Shown piece after piece: positions 56,485 to 64,000 of a stretch of DNA of 64,000 nucleotides (within the stretch, counting starts at the first letter, position 1; every line of letters starts with the position of its first letter). The notes under the pieces are model-generated. The model had not been told where the DNA came from and did no database searches. It was given only the letters and a program-made list of their open reading frames with translations. Made by a program: the position numbers and the translations under genes. The DNA comes from the human T2T-CHM13v2.0 reference genome, Homo sapiens. Location: NCBI RefSeq assembly GCF_009914755.1, contig NC_060944.1, one strand, 5' to 3'.

Positions 56485-57301
56485 TGAAGTAGTAAGGGGA
56501 ACTCTGAGAGTCTCCCTGAAAGCTTGCTAACACTAGGTCGTCATCAGCTATTTGCACTTCTGTCCCTTGTCTGCCTCAATGGTTCACAATGGCAAGAGAG
56601 TGGCCAAGAAGCAAGGACTAGCCATGATCATGTTTTCACCATTCTTAAAGAAAACAACTGGTCCCTGCCTTAGTGAAAAGACTCAGCCTCATTAGCATCT
56701 CCAACCAAATAAGCAACTATATCCCAAAAAAGAAATACAAACTAGATAAAGCAGTCAACAATGTGCATTGGCAGTGAGGCAGTCAGAAAAACAACACTTG
56801 TGTTAAACCAGAGTTCTACATGTAGTTGGCTTGGAAGATTAAGTTAAAATAAGTCAAATGAAACCTACCCATGACTAAAATAGGTATGTGTCTTTTTGCT
56901 TCCAACTCTCCTGAAAAAGCAACAATGATGTAATACTATAAATTTTCAGTTAATTAATTCCAAGTTTTTGCAGCAAGCTTTGTACTCTCATCCTGTATCA
57001 CATACCATCTGTCTATGGTGAATATTTAGTTCTCACTCACATCCTGCTTCCTAACCCTTAGAATAAATGCATCTTCTTAAAAATAAGAAAAATATTCCGC
57101 TAGACCAGAGGAAGATAAGGACTTGTATTTTAAACAAGCTGATATCATATCTTCATAATCTACTGCTGCCATCTCCTGTGTTAATGAGGCAGCATCTTCA
57201 CACTTGTGAAGAAATTTAATAGTATTTAACAGAAACAATTCTTACCGGTCAGATGGTACATTTTCTACATACACAGAGGAAAAACAGCTTAATTCTGTTA
57301 C

Positions 57302-57385
57302 CTCTAAGTGACTTCGTCTCTCAGCAATCACACGTTCATCCTTATTTCCAAATAGTTTCTTTGGAGGAAATTCAAGGGCAGCAAG
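57302..57385 (-). CDS. KIF16B: KIF16B penultimate coding exon (PX domain: proline loop PPKK and conserved Arg helix)
   Basis: Minus strand reads tgtctatttcag|CTTGCTGCC...CACTTAGAG|gtaaca. 84 nt, phase 0-0, translating LAALEFPPKKLFGNKDERVIAERRSHLE, which I recognise as the KIF16B PX domain. Confidence 0.97.
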
Positions 57386-58384
57386 CTGAAATAGACATTT
57401 TAAAAGACATGCATTAATAGCATACCTGTTAATTGTTGGGCTATTATTAATCTATTATTTGAAATCTCTTCCATGGGGTGAAAAGAAAGAGGCTGAAAGT
57501 TTAAAGATGGTGGGTCCTGCCTTGCTTTATCACCAACTGTGTGACCTTCAACAGATAAAGCAACCTTGGGTCACATTCCCCAGTGGTCAAATGAGAAGAC
57601 AGGACAATGGGAACTCCATGGAAGAATGAATCTGATTCTCAACATTCTGTCTCAGATGACATATCAGACTCTGTGCCAGGTGGTATTTTATACTTTTTGT
57701 TTTTTAAAACACATGTTTGTTCTTCTTTCAGTCCCCCCACCCTTTTTTTTTTTTTACTAGAATCCAATTAGTTTTGTGTTGAGATAAGAATTTGAAAATT
57801 CAACCTACACACTACCTGAACATTTTATAAAATCGTTTTCAGACTATTGCTAAGGTTCTCTAAATATTCAGTATTGCCTTTTCAGTTACCACCGTGAATG
57901 AAGACTGCCCATGTGAAAAGAGGACTTCTCTTTCCATCTTTTCACCTTGTTTCCTAAAAATGAAGGTTCAGATTTTGTTTAGCCTGATCTTAGCATTTCA
58001 TAGTATTTCTCTTATGCTTTTCCTCTTGAATGTACAAAAATTATAAACAATAAGTTTTACTACAGATTCCCAGGCAAGATAGGATTCTATAATCTGATGA
58101 GAATCCAACTAGCCAGTGTTGCCTTGGCTGAATAAATGCTAAGTAGCAATAATTGCTGCAGTTGCAGAATTCACTATTTCCTTCCTTTCTCAATTTGTCA
58201 GGACCAGACAAATTGAAGCCAATGAAGCATTACCAAGAAAAAATGAGCATTTCTCCCACAATGTAGGGCACAATATGTCACAAAATTCCAATTTTATGCC
58301 TATGCAAATCACTAAGTTGATTTAAATTTATATTGCCACAGTGGGAGTCAAGAATTAAAGACTAGCATCTGTATATATAATACT

Positions 58385-59260
58385 TTTAAAACATAGTATT
58401 AAAGTATAATATACATACAGAAAAGTGCACATATCACAAGGGAAGAACTGGATGTATTTTCAAAATCTGCACACACTGTGTAACCAGCACTCGCATCAAG
58501 AAACAGAACACTGCCAGCACCCCCAGAGCTGCACTTGCTCCCTTCCAGGCACTCCCTCTCACCCCTACAAAAGTTAACGCAGGCCTGACACTATGACAAT
58601 AGCATTGCTTGGTTTTTCCTACTTTTGAACTTCATGCAAAAGATGTCATACAGTATGAACTCTTTTGTGTCTACCTCCTTTTGTTCAGCATCATGTTTGT
58701 GAGATCCAACCATGTTGTTATGCGTAGCAATAGTTTGCTCATTTTCACTGCAGTACAGTATTCCACCATGTGAACATTCCATAATGTATTTGTTCATTAT
58801 CTTGCTGTTGGGCTTTTTGTTAGTTTCCAGTTTGTGGTTACTAGAATTGTGCTGCTATGATCACTTTCCTATAGATCTTCTGATAAACATATGTACATAT
58901 TTCTGATAGTCATACTCTTACGTGTTGCAAATGCTGGGTTATAGAGTGTGTGTGTGTTCAGCTGTATTTGAAACTATCAAATGGTTTCCAAAACAGTTTT
59001 AGTAACTGACACTCCTATCAGAAGTGACTGAGAGATGTGGTTGCTCCAGATCTTCACCAGCACTTGGTACAGTGGTCGTCCTTCTTAGCAATGCTGGTGG
59101 GTCATGTCTACTGTGGTTCATATTTGCATTTCTCTGATGACTGATGTTGTCAAACAACTCTTCACCTGCTCATTGACATCTGGTTAGTCATTTTTAGGCA
59201 GTGTCTGTTCAACTCTTTTGTCCATTTTTAAATTCGTTGTCTGCCTTTTCCTCAAGTAAG
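58385..59260 (-). mobile_element. L1ME-like 3' fragment
   Basis: aagtataatatacatacagaaaagtgcaca...ttttgaacttcat...tttgcatttctctgatgact. Confidence 0.75.
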
Positions 59261-59489
59261 AATAATTCTCCCTTTTCACTCTCTTAAAGGTGTCTTTGAT
59301 GACTTTATAGCCTGTCTTAAAAGTTGATTGAAGTTGGGCAGATGTTTGTCTCATTCCCCCTAGTGTTCTTTCTACCAAAGCAGAGAAACCTTGGAGTGGG
59401 TTGAAGGTAACACAAAGGGATGGGTTTCCCCATCTCTGTTTCTCACCAATGTTTAGTTGGCTGACATCCAACTTTAAAATCAGTTCAAG

Positions 59490-59710
59490 GTAAAGTGAAA
59501 GACCATGGGCACTGAGGCAAGACAGACCCAGTCTGAATCCTGGCTTGACCACTAACCAGCTTACTAGCTACGTTTCTCTGAGCCCGAGTATTCTCTGCTG
59601 AAATAAAACCACAGAAAATGAAACCAAACTTTAAAAGGATTCCGTGAAGATTTAGTGACTGGATTTTAGCTATATTAATAGCTGTTAGAGATCTGGTAAT
59701 TACTGAGCAA
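59490..59710 (+). mobile_element. MIR relic
   Basis: cagacccagtctgaatcctggcttgaccactaaccagct...tttctctgagcc. Confidence 0.55.
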
Positions 59711-61066
59711 GTGGCACGCCCACATTCCCTTGTGGCCTCTCTGCATCCACTGGGAAGCCGTAGTGACATGGCTTCAAGGAGCAAAGGGTTTTCCGGAACC
59801 TGGACTCAGTGGCACAAACACACTCCCCCCATGTTGCAGCTCAGAGAAGACAGGTACAAGAAGAGCTCATCTTCTGGCTCCCTCCAGCTTCCATCTCCTC
59901 CAGTACAAACGTGCCTCCCGCTTCCCCCGATGCTGTGGTGCTGAAAGCTTGGCAAGCATGCTTTCACAGTTGGTTGTTTTGTCATTTTCTTATGTGGCTG
60001 ATGAGGTGATGTGGTTTCTGTCAGGAGAAATTTATAGTCACACTCACATGCTCAATCAGAAGTCGTGCAATAAAAGGACTTTAGGCAGTGGAAGCGGGGA
60101 GGGAGCAAGCATTCACATCTCCTGCTAGTCAACAGTGGCGTTCCCTCTCCAGACCCAGATGGAGGAAGCATTCTGTGCTATTAATATTCAGCCTGTGAAA
60201 TAACTATGTGTAAATTATGTGCAACACTGTTGTTCAGATTTTAGGAGGAAAAGGCCAATTCTAAGTGACTTTCAGGCCTATAATCACAGGACCATGATAC
60301 TCAACTAACTGTCTGACTTTAGAGTTGAAGACACCCAAGCCCAGAGCTAAGTGACTTGGAAAGGCTCAGAGTCATGGGGGCAAAGTCAGGACTGACTCCA
60401 GGCCTCTCGGGATAAAGCTGTAAGGAGCGTCTGCAGTGCATGAAAGATACTGTTGCAAAGTCTTTGGGGATCTAGGGTAAAGATGAAAAAGAGTGATTCC
60501 TCCTAAGTGTATGTAACCAGAAACATGAACATACCACTCCAAGGCAGTCATCAACAGTTCCAACAAGAGTTGTCAACGGGACCCTGCTGAGGACCTGCAC
60601 CCTTGCCCAGGGTCAGCAGAGCAGTGGAGAACAGCAGGAAGCAGGATGGGGCTGGAGCTCCCCAGAAGTCCATTCCAGGACATACAAAGTTAGTTAGCAA
60701 CTATCATCTTACCCCTCTCCAAGTAAAAACTAAGAATAATGGTAGCTATCCTTACAATAAAGTACGGGTAGGATGGAGAAAAGGAACAGCTGCAAAAGTT
60801 CCAATGTGGCTCATGATAGAAATGTGAGCTAATGGGCCCAGGTCCTACAGGTGGGGCTGGGGCATGAACAAGCCAAAGAAGAAAGCCAAGGCCATAATGT
60901 AAAGTATAGGAAAAACATGCCCCCATTAATATAATGATATTTCCATCGGAAACAGCTTCAACTGCAACGTGAGTGAATCCCTTCCCTCTGATATAGTAGA
61001 AACCACCTCCATGTCTCCTCTTTAGAGAATCCTAACAGTGCCACTTAGGCCTTGCTATCTATAAGC

Positions 61067-61140
61067 TCAGGTTGGACAAGATGAAATTGCCAGTTCTGTA
61101 AGTTAAAAACTGTTGAGTATCAGCAATTTCATCTATCTAA
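61067..61140. mobile_element. MADE2-like mariner MITE
   Basis: caggttggacaagatgaaattgcc...gtatcagcaatttcatct, with inverted arms agatgaaattgc / gcaatttcatct. Confidence 0.65.
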
Positions 61141-63399
61141 ATCCTGCATAAAACTTCGACACTTAAGTGACTGCTAGGGTCGCTTCATTTTCCATCAGCT
61201 GCGTTATCTGCCAAGTAAAATATCTCATTTGATAGTTGCTGATCAGCGATACCTAAGCCAATCCATTTCAAAAGAATATTTTTCTTAAGGCACTCAAAAG
61301 TAAAACAAAAACTAGAAGTATCTTATATTTTAAAATATACTACATTAAAGTAGTGAAAGCATTGGGATAGCAGGGCAGGTGGCACAGGAGGCCATTTGGA
61401 GAACAATAATAGCTAACATAGAAGATATTAGAGTCACATTCCTAAGTCCATCTTCCAAAAAGAAAAAAAGAGCATCATCTTTACTTGGATGGGCTTCCTC
61501 AGCTCAAATAAAGGAGTCTCTGAAAAATGAGGGCCCTGATGCTGACCTGCTGAATGACTGGAATGAAGAAGGTGGGGAGCAGGGGCAGGAATTACCACTC
61601 CATTCGTAAAATAATAATATAGCTAAACCTCTTACCACGGGTTAGATGGCCAGAGTACAGAAGAGGGCTGGACTTTTTTTTCTCTCCACAAGTGCAAAGC
61701 TATTGCCTCATTTATTTCAAAATAGATCAACAAAAGCAATTCTCTGTAGGTTTCATTTCTGAAGTGTAAATGATTTGAACTGCCTAAATAGTTTTAAAAA
61801 ATGGACAATTTACCAAGATCAAAAGAAACACTGGTCAGGACAAATAACTGTGCCTGGAAGACCAAAGAAAACAACCGAACACCAAAAAATCTCTTCCATT
61901 TTGCTGAAAGTGCTGTTTTCTGAAATGTAACACTTCCAACAAATTAAGAATATAAGAAAGGTTCAGAGAAGATGTGATTCTGAATTGTCTCTGACCTCTC
62001 TACTCATGTCCCCCACACACCAACATCTTTTATTTGATTTCTCACGTTAAATAAAAAGTTTAAAATTAAATCAGAAATATTATCTGAACATTTTCATTCC
62101 CTCTCAAGTACTTTATATTTACACATTTTCATTTTTATTGCCTCATTTTTCTAACAGAACAGATATTCTAGTTTTGATTTTCATGAGAAGTACTGTCAGG
62201 AACAGTGAATGACAATCTGTAGGTGGAGAGACTCCTCTTGGATTTCCTCTGTAGCCTCTGACAAAGGAGATACAGTGTCCTATATTTAAAGAAATTAAAG
62301 TTCCTGAAGTTCTATATATTCCTCTCAACAACTACATTCTACAGCGTCTCAGGTAAGTATTTCTGAATTACATAAAAATGTTCAAGATACTTGGGATTCA
62401 GTAATGGAAGAAAAAGAATTTCTTTCTTTCTGTAAGATTTCATTTTCGTAAAGAACAAGCATCATCATTTCCCCTTACAACTTTTTTGGAGAGAGTCTCA
62501 TGTTGAAAAGCGTGACTGCACCAAAAATAATCTTTCTGCAAAACCATAAAAATTGGTGAAACCATTCTGGTTAAAGATGGTGGAGCAATGACTCGATTTG
62601 TTCCTCTCACCTTCTTCAAAAGCACTGCTACCACCGCAAACACTGTCTCTGAACTGGGAAACCGCCACAGCTCAAACTGTCGGCCAGGCAGCAGCATCCA
62701 GAAGACCATCACAGAGAGAAGAGATGACGGGAGACAAGGGTGGCCTGCCACCCTCACCCTCACCTGCATTCTGCCTATGCTAAATATGGGGATGAGAAAA
62801 AGATCAGGATGCAATTCCACTCAAGGAGGAAGGCGAGCAGGGGCTGTGAGAGGAGGAGCCTGGGGAAGTCCCTGTCTCCAGAGACAGAGGCAGGAGACGC
62901 CAGAGAGCAAGCGTTTGGCTTTATCGCCCACAGCCAGCAACTCCACAGCCCCCATGAACCAGAAAACAAGAGAAGATGTGTCTCAAAGTGAAGGAAAAAA
63001 TTGGTGAAAACAGTTTCAGGACAATTCTAAGTGGTCTGCGCATGCCATAGCTGCCCTCCTCCTCCCCAGCTTCTGCCCCTCCTTGCTCCCACAAAGTACT
63101 GGTGTTTTCCCACAACAATTAGTCCACTTCCCTTAAAGATGAGAAATAATTAGAAGGAACCAAAACTGAAACTATGTGTAAAAAGGGTGAGGTGAGGTGA
63201 CATTGAATGAAACATAAGCAAAAGGCAGCTCAAGAGGATACACCGTAAGTGGGATCAGCCAAAGCTACCCAGGAGGAATTCAGAGAATAAATAGTCACGT
63301 AGGAACCATAAAATCCATCTCTAAATAGAGCCCAAAGAAGTAAATAATACACACATTGAAAGAAGAGAAAATAAGGGTAATAAAGAGGAAGCAAAGCGA

Positions 63400-64000
63400 G
63401 CCAGTTCTTGGAGAAACGGCTGATTCCAGGATGGGGCAGGGAATACACACGACGAGCCTGAAGCAACCTATGGCGCCAGAAAGCACAAAGTGCTTGAAAA
63501 CAAAAACACAAGACGCGGTGTCTCAAAGGAACACAGACATCAAGTGAAAGAGCTCCCAGTGGCCAAAGCTGAGACAATTTGAAAAAGAAAATTAAAAAGT
63601 ATTGGTGGATAACCCAAAATAGAATAATTGAATAAATAAATAAATGGGGGATTCAGATTCACTTTGAAAAATAAAATAAAGTATTGGTGGGTAACCCAAA
63701 ATACAATGACAGAATTAAATAAATAAATGGGTAACTCAACTATCAATTCAGAATAATTCCAAATAATTTATGTAGATGTTTCACCCTCAAGAAAGTAGCC
63801 CATTATTTCCCCACTCCTGAAATGTGTGCTATGCATAGTGACTTCCTTCCAAATAATACAGTGTGGAAAGGAAGAAAAACAAGCAACTCTACAGTAGAGA
63901 AACTTCAGCCACGTGATCAAGTATCAACAGTGGTAAGACATACTGATAGTATATATCCTTGAGATGATATGATAAAAATGGCATTTTTACCTCTGCGGTC
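63400..64000 (+). mobile_element. Old L1M 3' relic with an internal ~83 bp tandem duplication (63575-63740)
   Basis: tgcatagtgacttccttccaaa...tacagtagagaaac...atcaacagtggtaagacatactgatag. aaagtattggtgg(a/g)taacccaaaata occurs twice. Confidence 0.65.

Larger units (their letters stand above)
57386..64000 (-). other. KIF16B: 3' part of the preceding KIF16B intron
   Basis: Lies upstream of the acceptor at 57386-57387. No further KIF16B-like coding exon recognised up to the window end. Confidence 0.85.

Noticed and set aside
62440-63118. Overlapping 126-139 aa ORFs as a possible extra KIF16B exon
   Set aside because: No similarity to KIF16B sequence that I recognise, and no convincing flanking splice sites.
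56174-64000. Alu-driven circRNA of the 84 nt exon
   Set aside because: Only one flanking Alu is present. No inverted partner occurs on the other side within the window, and the exon alone is very short.

Overview
Primate (most likely human) genomic DNA covering the 3' end of KIF16B (kinesin-3 motor with a C-terminal PX domain, alias SNX23) on the minus strand. Only two coding exons lie in the window: 57302-57385 (LAALEFPPKKLFGNKDERVIAERRSHLE) and the terminal exon CDS 17784-17942 ([12 protein letters not shown]...FDYSSHGTG*). They are joined by a 39.4 kb GT-AG intron, and a ~1.15 kb 3'UTR ends near ATTAAA signals at 16652 and 16699. Neither exon appears in the supplied ORF track, and none of the listed ORFs looks like a real gene. 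The rest is intronic or downstream intergenic DNA dense in Alu, L1, HAL1, L2, MIR, LTR and DNA-transposon relics, plus three large minisatellites. The most unusual structure is a 12 x 79 bp VNTR built from an inverted copy of the end of the adjacent Tigger-type (MER47-like) transposon, leaving a 47 bp fold-back hairpin. Also notable are a 60 bp VNTR carrying 11 phased CACGTG E-boxes, a 2.35 kb strand-asymmetric G-quadruplex/R-loop-prone VNTR downstream of the gene, a strong competing 5' splice site that would replace the PX C-terminus, and an orphan internal L1 ORF2 fragment. Gene and repeat family names come from recalled sequences, not a database search, so subfamily calls and boundaries of old repeats are approximate. 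I found no evidence for a new protein-coding system.
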